Below are positions 27,148-36,900 of a stretch of 64,000 nt of DNA, piece after piece. How positions within the stretch are numbered: the first letter of the stretch is position 1; the number at the start of each line of letters is the position of its first letter. Under the pieces are notes generated by a model that had not been told where the DNA came from, did not search any database, and saw only the letters and a list, made by a program, of their open reading frames with translations. Both the position numbers and the translations under genes were made by a program. The DNA comes from a virus. Taxonomy: Duplodnaviria; Caudoviricetes. The stretch lies in IMG/VR virus record IMGVR_UViG_3300038530_004004, positions 15,589 through 79,588 of that record. One strand, written 5' to 3'.

Positions 27148-29892
27148 ATGAGTGGTATCAACTTCGTACAAAATAATTTCCCAGTTAGAAGTAAAGTTGT
27201 TGATTATAGCAAGACTGATTCATCACCAATACCCTTAATTAGAGAGGTAGTCAAAAGAGCAAACACCCCAAATGGTTTTGAAACCGCAAACATATTAACA
27301 GGAGACTTTATATTTCAAGTTTTAGAGGGTGACACTAGCACTAGTTTTTTGTTTGATGATTTCCTCGCAGCAGCTAAAATATCAAACAGATTAGACTTTA
27401 CTCCAGGCGTTGGAAATTTTAAGCCTTTTCTAGCTATTGTTAACATTCCTCAAATAACAATGGTAGAAACACCCAAACAAATAGATTTAGCAAATCCTGA
27501 TTTTAATAGAAGGATCAGAAATATAATCACAACGATAGGAGTTTTTAAAAAATATAATTATGTTGGCCATGAATTTGCACTTCCAAATTATGGCGATCCT
27601 GTTCAAGTTACATTTTCAGATATGGACGATTTTAGAGATCCCATATTCATTGGGCCACTAAATACAGGTATTGTAAACAATATGGGCACGTCCAATATGA
27701 ATAATTCCGGCCCGTCCAATTATGTTAATGATTGCAGTGGAAAACCAAACGTAAGGACTAACATCAGAAGAGGTACTGCTGCACCAAAGTCTATAATCAC
27801 ATCTACGGAAAAAATAGATAAATTTATAACCTCCCTTGATCAAGTTGATATAAAAAAAGGTACATCTCCTCTTGGCTCACCAAACAAAGGTGCTTCAGCG
27901 AATTCAATTCCATATCAAATAGCGATACCAAAAAACATTAATAAATCAAAACCTGTAACTGTATTTTTAATGTTTCACGGCGATGGTAGTGGTTATAATG
28001 CATCGATAAAAAATTTAATAACAATGGGACCATCCCATATACCAGATGGATATAACATTGTTTTACTAAGGCCATTTTTAGCAAAAACACCTAGTAAAAA
28101 TAAATCAAGAACTGTTCAGGCTGGGTTTGTAACGGGCGTTTTAGTATCACATGGATTGGCTCCTGGTGATATAGTTAGTTTTTCTCACAGCGGCGGGGGT
28201 AGTGCGCATGGTTGGTATTTAAAACAATTAGTCGACCAAGGCACATTTGAAAGCAAAATATCCGCAGCGCGTTTTTTAGACTCTGATTACGGTTGGAATA
28301 GCGTAACAAAATTATTTGAAACCGGCGGGTTTAATCAATCAAAAATAACATTTTTAACAGAGGCTGGTAAAAAGCCGGATCAAATCGCAACTGGTAAATT
28401 TAATAAAGATCGTTATAATAGTGTTTATAAAACCGGTGCAAGGGTGATACGAACTAATATACCTCATGGCGAATGTGCGCATCAAATAGGACCTGAATAC
28501 TTAATACCGAAAGTAGTTGAAGTTATTGGACCAGCGCCACCTAAAAACCCAGCAAAGAAAGCTGCTTCAAAAACGGTGGAGTCTAAAAAGCCAACTTCTA
28601 CAGAGCCGGAAGATCCAAAAATTGCTAAACTTAAGCAAGACATACAGACAGATAAGTCAATTGTGGTAAATTATAGAAAAAATAAAGATATAATATTATC
28701 AAAATACCCAAATAACACACTTGATCAAGGCACAATACAATCTCTTGCAGGGACACCAGCTTTTTTCACAGCATTTGCCGATAGGAAAAAAATAAATAAA
28801 TTAGATGAATCTATCAAACGTGTGCAAAAAAAAATAATCACAAAAGAAATAAATCTTGAGGCTTTAATGGGTAATGCGGGGGATCAAGAAAAAATTCAAA
28901 AAGCTTTAGAGGCAGGTAATACACCGCCAAAACCAGATGATAAAAAAGTTAACTCTGTTACTCCAAGTACGAATAGACCAGCTCAATCAAAGAAAGTAGA
29001 CGAAGAAAAAAACACTTGTAGCTATGGTAATTACAATTATTCAGGAGCAACGCCTGAAGATTTAAAGTGGGTTAAATATTCATCTGGCTATAACAATAGA
29101 GTTTGGCAACTTCCAAACTGTAAAAGTTATGGCTATGGCACCTTAAAAATGGAAAGATACTTAAAGGGATTGGCGAATGTCCCTGGTGGAGAAGATATAG
29201 GCAAAGGCTACAAAAATAATCCGGCGATTAGCAAAAAAATAACCGATACGAATAGACAACCTCCGACATGGTTAAAACCTGGATGGTGGTTTGGACACAT
29301 TTCGATAAAAAGAGGTGGTGACAATGCCGGCCATATAACTCATGAAGCAGGAATCGGTATAGACTTAACTTTTCCCACCATTTATACTGACGCCAATGGA
29401 AAGCGTTTTCGCGGCGTAAATCTTGGCGAATATACCTATAGGGGCAAAACTGGTACAAGTATGCTAGGGGCAAAAAACGGCAGCCCATTGCTTTGGAATA
29501 GAGATATCGACCAGTTTGCATTTATGGAATATCTCAGATATTCTATACCGTTTTGCAGCAGTATAATTTTTGCTAGACCGTGGGTCAGGCCGGTTAAAAA
29601 GCTAATAGAAGAATTTTCTGCACAAAGCAAAAACGGATGGAGTCTAACCCATCCGGCTTATGTAGATTTTAAAAATAGAAAATGTAGACTTTCTGGCGAC
29701 AATCATACTCATAGTAATCACTTTCATATAAGACTGCGATTGCCCGGTATCGCTCCTGGTCCGTTTAAAGGAACATACGCACCAGCTGGTGGGCCTGGAT
29801 TTGACAAGAAGAGAAAGAATGGACGTATTGATGAAGGCACCCCAGGATATGTACCATATGAACAGCAAAAAGGATTGTATACGCCTAAATAG
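27148..29892 (+). CDS. gp5-like baseplate hub protein: OB-fold + alpha/beta-hydrolase + MepA(M74)-like murein endopeptidase
   Basis: LPNYGDPVQVTFSD..PIFIGP (gp5/VgrG OB-fold-like); FLMFHGDG, SFSHSGGG, FLDSD, PHG (hydrolase); GHISIKRGG..GHITHEAGIGID and HFHIRL (MepA H-x6-D / HxH). Confidence 0.68.
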   Translation: MSGINFVQNNFPVRSKVVDYSKTDSSPIPLIREVVKRANTPNGFETANILTGDFIFQVLEGDTSTSFLFDDFLAAAKISNRLDFTPGVGNFKPFLAIVNIPQITMVETPKQIDLANPDFNRRIRNIITTIGVFKKYNYVGHEFALPNYGDPVQVTFSDMDDFRDPIFIGPLNTGIVNNMGTSNMNNSGPSNYVNDCSGKPNVRTNIRRGTAAPKSIITSTEKIDKFITSLDQVDIKKGTSPLGSPNKGASANSIPYQIAIPKNINKSKPVTVFLMFHGDGSGYNASIKNLITMGPSHIPDGYNIVLLRPFLAKTPSKNKSRTVQAGFVTGVLVSHGLAPGDIVSFSHSGGGSAHGWYLKQLVDQGTFESKISAARFLDSDYGWNSVTKLFETGGFNQSKITFLTEAGKKPDQIATGKFNKDRYNSVYKTGARVIRTNIPHGECAHQIGPEYLIPKVVEVIGPAPPKNPAKKAASKTVESKKPTSTEPEDPKIAKLKQDIQTDKSIVVNYRKNKDIILSKYPNNTLDQGTIQSLAGTPAFFTAFADRKKINKLDESIKRVQKKIITKEINLEALMGNAGDQEKIQKALEAGNTPPKPDDKKVNSVTPSTNRPAQSKKVDEEKNTCSYGNYNYSGATPEDLKWVKYSSGYNNRVWQLPNCKSYGYGTLKMERYLKGLANVPGGEDIGKGYKNNPAISKKITDTNRQPPTWLKPGWWFGHISIKRGGDNAGHITHEAGIGIDLTFPTIYTDANGKRFRGVNLGEYTYRGKTGTSMLGAKNGSPLLWNRDIDQFAFMEYLRYSIPFCSSIIFARPWVRPVKKLIEEFSAQSKNGWSLTHPAYVDFKNRKCRLSGDNHTHSNHFHIRLRLPGIAPGPFKGTYAPAGGPGFDKKRKNGRIDEGTPGYVPYEQQKGLYTPK

Positions 29893-29920
29893 TTAATATG
29901 ATATAATAAAGGAGTAAAGT

Positions 29921-30889
29921 GTGAAAGTACCTGCAGTTAAAGATTTGCAGACAGCACAGGCAAAAATAAGACAAGGTAAATCACCAAATAGAGCAAACTA
30001 CTTGGGTATTAGAGGAGATTATCTCCCAGAGTCTTATATTCTACCTGATAGGGCTCCAAGTGAAAAAAGATTCGCCGGTGAAAATGGTCAATTGATTAGT
30101 ATGATCAGAGACACTGAAACTGATATTGGCACTGGCTATGGAAATCAAACTGGCGCCGCGGCGATAAGTGTAGCAGTTGGGTTTAATTCTGAAAATGCTA
30201 TTTCAACAACAAAACAAATTTCTCGATCACCTGGTGACATTGAGCCTGTTTTTGGTATAAGAGATATGGAAAAAGTCGCCGCCGAAGTGTATATAAGTCA
30301 AAAAACCCGTGCGGATAGATACTTTGCTGACGGTAACATTGGTTCCGTTAATGCGAAATCAGCCATAACAATGAAAGCAGATGGTTTAAGAATGTGGGCC
30401 GTTGAAGGAGTTAAATTTGTAACCGGTGGCACTGAAAAAAATTCAGGCGGTGGTAAAGTTAGAAGTGTTCCGAGATTTAATTTTATAGCTGGAAATGATG
30501 ATTCAGATTTACAGCCTGTTGCTAAAGCTGACTCATTAAATTCAGTTATTGAGGATCTATATGATCATATAGATAAGCTAAACAGCATGTTAGATTCTTT
30601 TATTACTTCTCAAACGGAGTTCAATACAGAACTTATGACACATCAACACTTTGATTTGACATTGATGCTAATTGGGTTAATCGCAGGCGGCAATCCATTT
30701 GCTGTAAATGACGGCAAAACTTTACAGAGTTCAGAATTGATTTCAAAAGGTATGAAAACGCTTCCTGCGGAATATAGCACTAAAATAGATGCTGTTTTAC
30801 AAAAACTTCAAGTAGCTATAGCAAAGATTGTTACAACCAATCCAGCAGGCCATGAAAATGCTTCTAGCCCCAGCCTCTATACAACATAA
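29921..30889 (+). CDS. Putative baseplate spike / gp5 C-terminal-like virion protein
   Basis: GTG start with AAGGAG; short beta-strand repeats (KSAITMKADGLRMWAVEGVKFVTG), a late H-x-H (THQHF), and position between the gp5-like and gp25-like genes. Confidence 0.45.
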   Translation: MKVPAVKDLQTAQAKIRQGKSPNRANYLGIRGDYLPESYILPDRAPSEKRFAGENGQLISMIRDTETDIGTGYGNQTGAAAISVAVGFNSENAISTTKQISRSPGDIEPVFGIRDMEKVAAEVYISQKTRADRYFADGNIGSVNAKSAITMKADGLRMWAVEGVKFVTGGTEKNSGGGKVRSVPRFNFIAGNDDSDLQPVAKADSLNSVIEDLYDHIDKLNSMLDSFITSQTEFNTELMTHQHFDLTLMLIGLIAGGNPFAVNDGKTLQSSELISKGMKTLPAEYSTKIDAVLQKLQVAIAKIVTTNPAGHENASSPSLYTT

Positions 30890-30907
30890 GGGATAAGTGA
30901 TTATAAA

Positions 30908-33900
30908 ATGAGTTTTTTCCACAGATGGTACATACAAGATCCAATAAAAAAGATTAATTCAGAACAAGCAATGAAATTATTAAAAGATATTGATAATGAT
31001 TGGCCTGAAGCACTAACAGATGAACAAAAAGAAGAAATTATTGATGATGCCGGTGAGATTTATCATTGTAATGCAAAACTACCATTAGGCCGGTTTAAAA
31101 AGCTATTAGGATTAGCCGAAGATAGCAATGTAACTAAAGCCAATTATGCTTCGGTATTTAACCAGCAAGAAAACCCTGATATTTTTACTGATTTTATTAG
31201 ATATCTCGGAGACACTATCATGTTCGATTTCAAAGAACATGAACAGGATAAAATTAAAAAAGTTGGACAATATCTTAGGAATGATGAATCTTTAGAGTTA
31301 CCTGCGCTTAAGCGAGCCCTGCAACCAAACGAAGGTTTAAATTTAGCGATGCAGATCGCTAAAACCTCTCAGTACGTATACACAGGCAAGCTTTATATAG
31401 AAACCGGCGGTAAAATTACCAGTGATCAGCAGCCTTCATTGGTATGTGTGCAAGCCTTGTTGTTTATTCCTGAAAGATTAGTTTCGGGCACGCCCGAAGC
31501 AGAAGATGGTGTAACTCCCCTTTCATTAAATGAAATCAGATTGATAGCTTGTAGTCCTAAAAAAAGTAAAAAAAGAAAACAAAAAACTGATGATCCCGGC
31601 GCCGAAAGCGGCAATGAAAAAGGCTACAAAACAAGACAAGACAAAAGAAATAAGGAATTAACTGCTCAACAAAAAATAACAATTGCAGAGCAAGTTCGCT
31701 CTAGGATACTACAAGTATCAGATTCAAGCTTTCTAAATGCCCTAGCAAATTGCGATAAAATAAAGACAACAAGAGATGCGTTTGACTTTTGTTTAAACGT
31801 AATACCCTTAAGAGAAATGCTACAAATAGCTTTAGAGTGTGCAAAAAAATATATTAATCAGTCACCTGAAGACATAGTGTGCAAAACTATTATGGATAAT
31901 CTGGAACATGAAGATGTTCAAAACATTTTAAAGTATGTCGGTAGAAATGCGACTACTGATTCTGTTGCTGCTAGTTTTAGAACTTATATTATAGGTGAAT
32001 TTGATAAAGTGACAAATTCAACTTTAGAGGCTGATCCAACTAGGTTCTCGGCACCCTTTAGAGATTTTTTAGTACAGCAATATCAAACTAGTGTAACCGA
32101 TAGACAAATTATTTGTTCTATGATTTTTCTTGCCGTCCCTGCTGCCATCGTTCTTCTAGGGTTATACATAGAGCAAGACATTACGAAGTTAAACGAAGAT
32201 GGAACGTGTGCAGATCCCTTAAGCCCCGCCGCAGCCGCAGTGAAGGGAGCATTAGAAAATCCCGTAAAAGATGCATTAATTTATATAAAAGATACTTTGT
32301 ATTCGCATCCTGTTTTGGGACACGCAACAAATCTTGTTGATAATTTGATCGATCAAGTAATCTTGTTCATCGATGAAATAGTCACATTATCAGTGGCAAC
32401 AATTCTACAAGAGTTAGCTTACTTGTGTGAGGACTCTAGTAAAAGTGATCTGGCAAATGTATTAAATTCTAGTAGTGCACATGACTCTAACATTGATGAT
32501 ATTTTAACATCTAGACAGGCTTATGACGATGCAGGTAATTATATTGATGAAAAAGATGTAGATGATATTATAGATGGTTGCGAGGAATTATTTGAAAGTA
32601 GTGATTTAATTGAAGACTTTTTCAATGATATTCCCGGTGTTTTAACCCATTCAGAAGTATGTATTTTATTTAATGGTGATCCAGAGTCATTAAACTACAA
32701 AATAGCTTTAGACAAAATTTATTATGGCTTGATGGCCATAAATAAATACGAGTGCTTGGCAAAAGTGTTTGATTCAAAAAATGAATTTGCGGATTGGCTA
32801 AATATTTTTGGACAATATATTGATGAAATAAAGTGTCAAAAAAGAGTAGAGGATCATACTAAAAGTAAAAAATTATTATCTGAATTGTGTAAAAGCTCTG
32901 ATGATGGATTTATTGATGATCTAGAAGAAAAAGCAGGTGAAGATTTAATTGATGACATATTAAATCGAGAAGAAGATCTTTTAAATGAACTGCTGAATGC
33001 GATTAAAAAGCTAGCTGCATCACCAATCCCAGAAGTATTTTGTGGCCCTGAAGCAGAAAATAGTGGTAAAACGCCTTTATTGCCATCTTTTCAAGAGGAT
33101 AGCCAGCTGCACATCGGAGGTCAATATTTACAATCTATTTTCACTGCGGCAGAAAAACTTTTTGAAGCAGAAATTGGCAACTTTAAAGCAATATTAACTA
33201 GTGCGGTTGACATTAGCCAGCCTTTAGATAATTTTTTCAACGCTGCTAATGAGATAACTTCTGCTATGAACGCGCTGTATGAGCTAGATCTAGAAGATAA
33301 AGCTGGAAATTTGCTTCCATCTGATAAGGAAGCGATGAAAGAAATTCTAGATAATATCACCACGGCAAATAAAATTGTTGCTCCACGCGTAAAAGAAAAT
33401 CTAATAGGTCTACAGTCTAATCTTCATGTGACCTCTTTTAGCCCTAACGTCTTCCAAATCAAAGCATTAATAGGAGACTATGGACAAATATTTTATATTT
33501 TGAATTATCAATATGATGATTTTATCATACCTGGTGATGTGCAAGACTCACTTGGTGGTGACAGTACGGTCCCTGGCCGCAGCTCAAAACTAATATTCGT
33601 TACCAATGCAGCACTTGAAGAACCCGGAACCGGCGCAGCAGTTTATGAGTCTGTCTTGCCTCAAAGCGCATCTCCTCTCCTTCCATCAAGTATTTTTGTT
33701 GGTGGACAGGCGATTTTCTTCAACGCTGTAAATACCGATGACAGTTCTCCGTATTTAAATAAAATAAAAGACAGCATATATAGTTCGAGTTTTTTCGCAA
33801 ACATTATAGAACAAATAATCAGAGAACATGCAGAATTTATTAGCGCGAATGATCTTTTTAAAAAAACAGCCTTTAACGAATTAAAATTATCTAAAAACAA

Positions 33901-36421
33901 TTTTTGTGGCGATTCTTTATTTAATTGTAGTGATATTGTAGACAAATTGAATGCCAGAGCAAAAAAAGTAGAGTGCTATACTGGCATTGGCAAAATACCC
34001 ACTCCATCAGAGAAAGTGTTGATAGGTTCTGTTTATGAAGCTATGGTGCGTACAGTTGTCGCGGCCGAAATGTTAAAAAGCTTTTTTGTTTTTGCATCAT
34101 TTGGTTTGGAGGCTATACTCCCATCAGCTGAAGACGACGATCAAACACTAAATTCTTTTTATTATGATTTTATTTCAGAGCAAGTTGCAGTTAAGGTAGA
34201 TGACTTAATACCTGAAGATAAAACTGAATTAGTTGAAACAGCTGTTGAGCAGGTTGTTGCAGCAGACAAAGGTTCAAACAGTTCAGATGAACAATTTTCT
34301 GTAATAAGAAGGCAATTAATACAAGATTCAATCTCCTCTTTACAAGGGGCGATGAAGAAAAAACTAGATGACGCTGGGTTTAAAACAAACATATACGCAC
34401 AAAGCTTGGACAGTGAATTAACCGAAGGAGTACTAGCCACCGAGTTTGATATTGCAACACGACTAAAAAGCGCCGGGAATGTACTTTCTTTTGTTGTTAA
34501 CAATATTCAATCAGTACAGGGTGCAGGTATAGTTCCACTACCACCACCAACAGTTAAAAATCTAATATCAACATCCGGCGCCGCCATCGGAGGGCCAAAC
34601 GGTGGTGCAACCGCTATAGAAATTGAGCCATTGTATTCTACAAACCCAAGATTAAAAAATGGAGGATTTTTTATAGAAGAGGGTCTTGAGATAATTCATA
34701 ATCGACAGGGCACAGAATCACCCGTTCGAGGTCGTGTTAACGCTATTACATCTGATGAAATAGATCAATTATTACGTGCCCTTCCAAACCGCGCATATGG
34801 CAATCCCGCTGGTAAAAGTATGTTTGAATTAGCTGAATATGAGGGTTTTAATGCCGGCGCCGGCTTCCCGGATACTACTTCCGACAATCTTCTAACCTAT
34901 TTGGGCCGAAAAATAACCACTGATACGGCTGAAAATTCACCTGGGAAAATACTAGCGTCCGAGGCGCAGTCTCTAGGATCCGACGCATTAATAGTAGAAA
35001 TAATGCAGCGATTTTTATTTGGAGGACAAAGATTTACTAGCGCCACGGCTGGAGACAACGGCCATACATCTACTTTCTTTAGTTCAGATTATCCTTTTGG
35101 TTATGATTTTAAGGGCGGTTCTGATGGTATACCTTTAGACGCTATGGTTGAATTTTTAAACTCTAGCGGGAGACTCCCGCTGGGGAGCGGCAAAACCTTC
35201 CAATCTTTCTACAGCGCTGAAGGTACCTTCACCACTGCTGGTTTAGCTTCACAAGGGATCAAGTCAGCAATTCATTATTTTGCAAAAAATTTAAGAGCGG
35301 GATTGGAGAAAGCCAATGAAGTCGGCGGTGGTTTTGTTGACTCTAAAACAGTTTTAAACAGTCTTTATGGTTTCGGAGGAATTGGCGATCAAACCGAGAC
35401 TCCACAAACCCTTAAACCTGGAGAAAATCCTTTTTATGACACTGAAGAAGAAGCCGAAGCTTATTGGGGCGAAAAAGGCTATAAATTTGAAGAAATAGAC
35501 GCGATTCTTGCAGGCGCTTTTATACCTGAAGGATATGAACAATACGCTCCAGGTAGCACAACATTTGTCTCGGATATTTCAGCTCAATTAAACTTTTTAG
35601 ATGCTAGAATGAGAAGTTATGATACATATTTTTATAAGTTTGGATCTTATCAAACTCTTAATATTCTCATAAGAGCAGAGGCTTTTGGTCTTTCGAATGA
35701 TATTGATCAGTTGCTGAATAATATGAGTGGTGGCAATAATGACGAATCAAGTTTTTCCTCATTCGCTAATGTAGCTTTAGAGAAAAAATTTCTTATAAAA
35801 GATAACGGCATATTTTATTTCAAACTTCCCATTGCATATGTCTATAAACCATTTAGCGATGGCACAACTGTACAAGGGTCGGATCCTCTACCTCTAGAAG
35901 ATATAACCCCTCCTAGTGTGCTTTCTGCAATTGTAGATGGGACCAACACCGCTAATTTGGATCAATTTGTTTCGTCTTTTCAGTACGATAGTATATTGTC
36001 TTTTGTGTCAATATTTGTAACCTCTACTTTGAAAAATGAATATCCTGCATTGGAATCACTTTTTGATAAAACATTGCTGGCGCTTCAAAGTGCGTTATTA
36101 AATCAATTAGCAATGTGCGATAGGGAAAATAATCAAAAATATTATGAAAACGATTTTAATAAACAACAATTGATTCAATTTCAACAGCCAGATATGAGTT
36201 TATTAGCTTTGCTTCTAGAAGCTGTTATTAAAGCGGTGGCAAACATAACAGATCCCACATGGCGAACTCCATGGTTTTTACCAGGCCCTGTAACAGCTTG
36301 TGGCATTTTAGCTAAAATACTAGATGGATCAGATGACATTGATGATCCTAATCAGGCAAAGGCAGTAAACAAAGGCTCGGCCAAACCACAAACAGAACTT
36401 TTTGATTGCACAGACGAATAA
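30908..36421 (+). CDS. Large acidic hypothetical virion protein (1837 aa)
   Basis: Long uninterrupted ORF within the baseplate module; no recognisable catalytic motif. Confidence 0.6.
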   Translation: MSFFHRWYIQDPIKKINSEQAMKLLKDIDNDWPEALTDEQKEEIIDDAGEIYHCNAKLPLGRFKKLLGLAEDSNVTKANYASVFNQQENPDIFTDFIRYLGDTIMFDFKEHEQDKIKKVGQYLRNDESLELPALKRALQPNEGLNLAMQIAKTSQYVYTGKLYIETGGKITSDQQPSLVCVQALLFIPERLVSGTPEAEDGVTPLSLNEIRLIACSPKKSKKRKQKTDDPGAESGNEKGYKTRQDKRNKELTAQQKITIAEQVRSRILQVSDSSFLNALANCDKIKTTRDAFDFCLNVIPLREMLQIALECAKKYINQSPEDIVCKTIMDNLEHEDVQNILKYVGRNATTDSVAASFRTYIIGEFDKVTNSTLEADPTRFSAPFRDFLVQQYQTSVTDRQIICSMIFLAVPAAIVLLGLYIEQDITKLNEDGTCADPLSPAAAAVKGALENPVKDALIYIKDTLYSHPVLGHATNLVDNLIDQVILFIDEIVTLSVATILQELAYLCEDSSKSDLANVLNSSSAHDSNIDDILTSRQAYDDAGNYIDEKDVDDIIDGCEELFESSDLIEDFFNDIPGVLTHSEVCILFNGDPESLNYKIALDKIYYGLMAINKYECLAKVFDSKNEFADWLNIFGQYIDEIKCQKRVEDHTKSKKLLSELCKSSDDGFIDDLEEKAGEDLIDDILNREEDLLNELLNAIKKLAASPIPEVFCGPEAENSGKTPLLPSFQEDSQLHIGGQYLQSIFTAAEKLFEAEIGNFKAILTSAVDISQPLDNFFNAANEITSAMNALYELDLEDKAGNLLPSDKEAMKEILDNITTANKIVAPRVKENLIGLQSNLHVTSFSPNVFQIKALIGDYGQIFYILNYQYDDFIIPGDVQDSLGGDSTVPGRSSKLIFVTNAALEEPGTGAAVYESVLPQSASPLLPSSIFVGGQAIFFNAVNTDDSSPYLNKIKDSIYSSSFFANIIEQIIREHAEFISANDLFKKTAFNELKLSKNNFCGDSLFNCSDIVDKLNARAKKVECYTGIGKIPTPSEKVLIGSVYEAMVRTVVAAEMLKSFFVFASFGLEAILPSAEDDDQTLNSFYYDFISEQVAVKVDDLIPEDKTELVETAVEQVVAADKGSNSSDEQFSVIRRQLIQDSISSLQGAMKKKLDDAGFKTNIYAQSLDSELTEGVLATEFDIATRLKSAGNVLSFVVNNIQSVQGAGIVPLPPPTVKNLISTSGAAIGGPNGGATAIEIEPLYSTNPRLKNGGFFIEEGLEIIHNRQGTESPVRGRVNAITSDEIDQLLRALPNRAYGNPAGKSMFELAEYEGFNAGAGFPDTTSDNLLTYLGRKITTDTAENSPGKILASEAQSLGSDALIVEIMQRFLFGGQRFTSATAGDNGHTSTFFSSDYPFGYDFKGGSDGIPLDAMVEFLNSSGRLPLGSGKTFQSFYSAEGTFTTAGLASQGIKSAIHYFAKNLRAGLEKANEVGGGFVDSKTVLNSLYGFGGIGDQTETPQTLKPGENPFYDTEEEAEAYWGEKGYKFEEIDAILAGAFIPEGYEQYAPGSTTFVSDISAQLNFLDARMRSYDTYFYKFGSYQTLNILIRAEAFGLSNDIDQLLNNMSGGNNDESSFSSFANVALEKKFLIKDNGIFYFKLPIAYVYKPFSDGTTVQGSDPLPLEDITPPSVLSAIVDGTNTANLDQFVSSFQYDSILSFVSIFVTSTLKNEYPALESLFDKTLLALQSALLNQLAMCDRENNQKYYENDFNKQQLIQFQQPDMSLLALLLEAVIKAVANITDPTWRTPWFLPGPVTACGILAKILDGSDDIDDPNQAKAVNKGSAKPQTELFDCTDE

Positions 36422-36438
36422 GAAAATAGTTTTTTTAA

Positions 36439-36447
36439 ACTACTTAT
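36439..36447 (+). promoter_or_regulatory. Candidate phage promoter motif (A)CTAnTTA
   Basis: ACTACTTAT upstream of the AAGGAG and ATG 36466. Confidence 0.45.
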
Positions 36448-36465
36448 GTTTAAGGAGAAATACTA

Positions 36466-36882
36466 ATGACTAGCAATCTAAATATGACAATTGGTTTGGA
36501 TGCAGCACTCCCCTTGACGCAAGATAATGATGATTTGTTTTACAAATTACATAAAGACTTAAGAGAAAACGTAAAACAAAATATAAGAATGTTAATGTAT
36601 ACAAATCCTGGCGAAAGAGTCATGGTGCCCAATTATGGAATTGGCTTGAGAAGATTTTTATTTGAACAATTTCCAGAAGCAGATATTCGATTAAGAATAT
36701 CACAACAAGTAGCTGCATATTTACCACAAATATCAATTGTGTCTTTAGTTATTTCAAGAGATGATGAAAGGATGGTAGCCAAAGCGGGTCAAAAAAATCT
36801 GCTAGCTATAGAATTAATATATGATATTAACGGCTACAATATTAGAGACTCTGTTATACTAGCAGATACGTCACCAAATTAA
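36466..36882 (+). CDS. Baseplate wedge protein, gp25/GPW-like
   Basis: NIRMLMYTNPGERVMVPNYGIGLRRFLFE signature. Confidence 0.88.
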   Translation: MTSNLNMTIGLDAALPLTQDNDDLFYKLHKDLRENVKQNIRMLMYTNPGERVMVPNYGIGLRRFLFEQFPEADIRLRISQQVAAYLPQISIVSLVISRDDERMVAKAGQKNLLAIELIYDINGYNIRDSVILADTSPN

Positions 36883-36900
36883 AAAGGATTAGTTAATAGA

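Noticed and set aside
36421-36437. Possible intrinsic terminator AAGAAAATAGTTTTTTT
   Set aside because: The stem would be almost entirely A-U and too weak to call.
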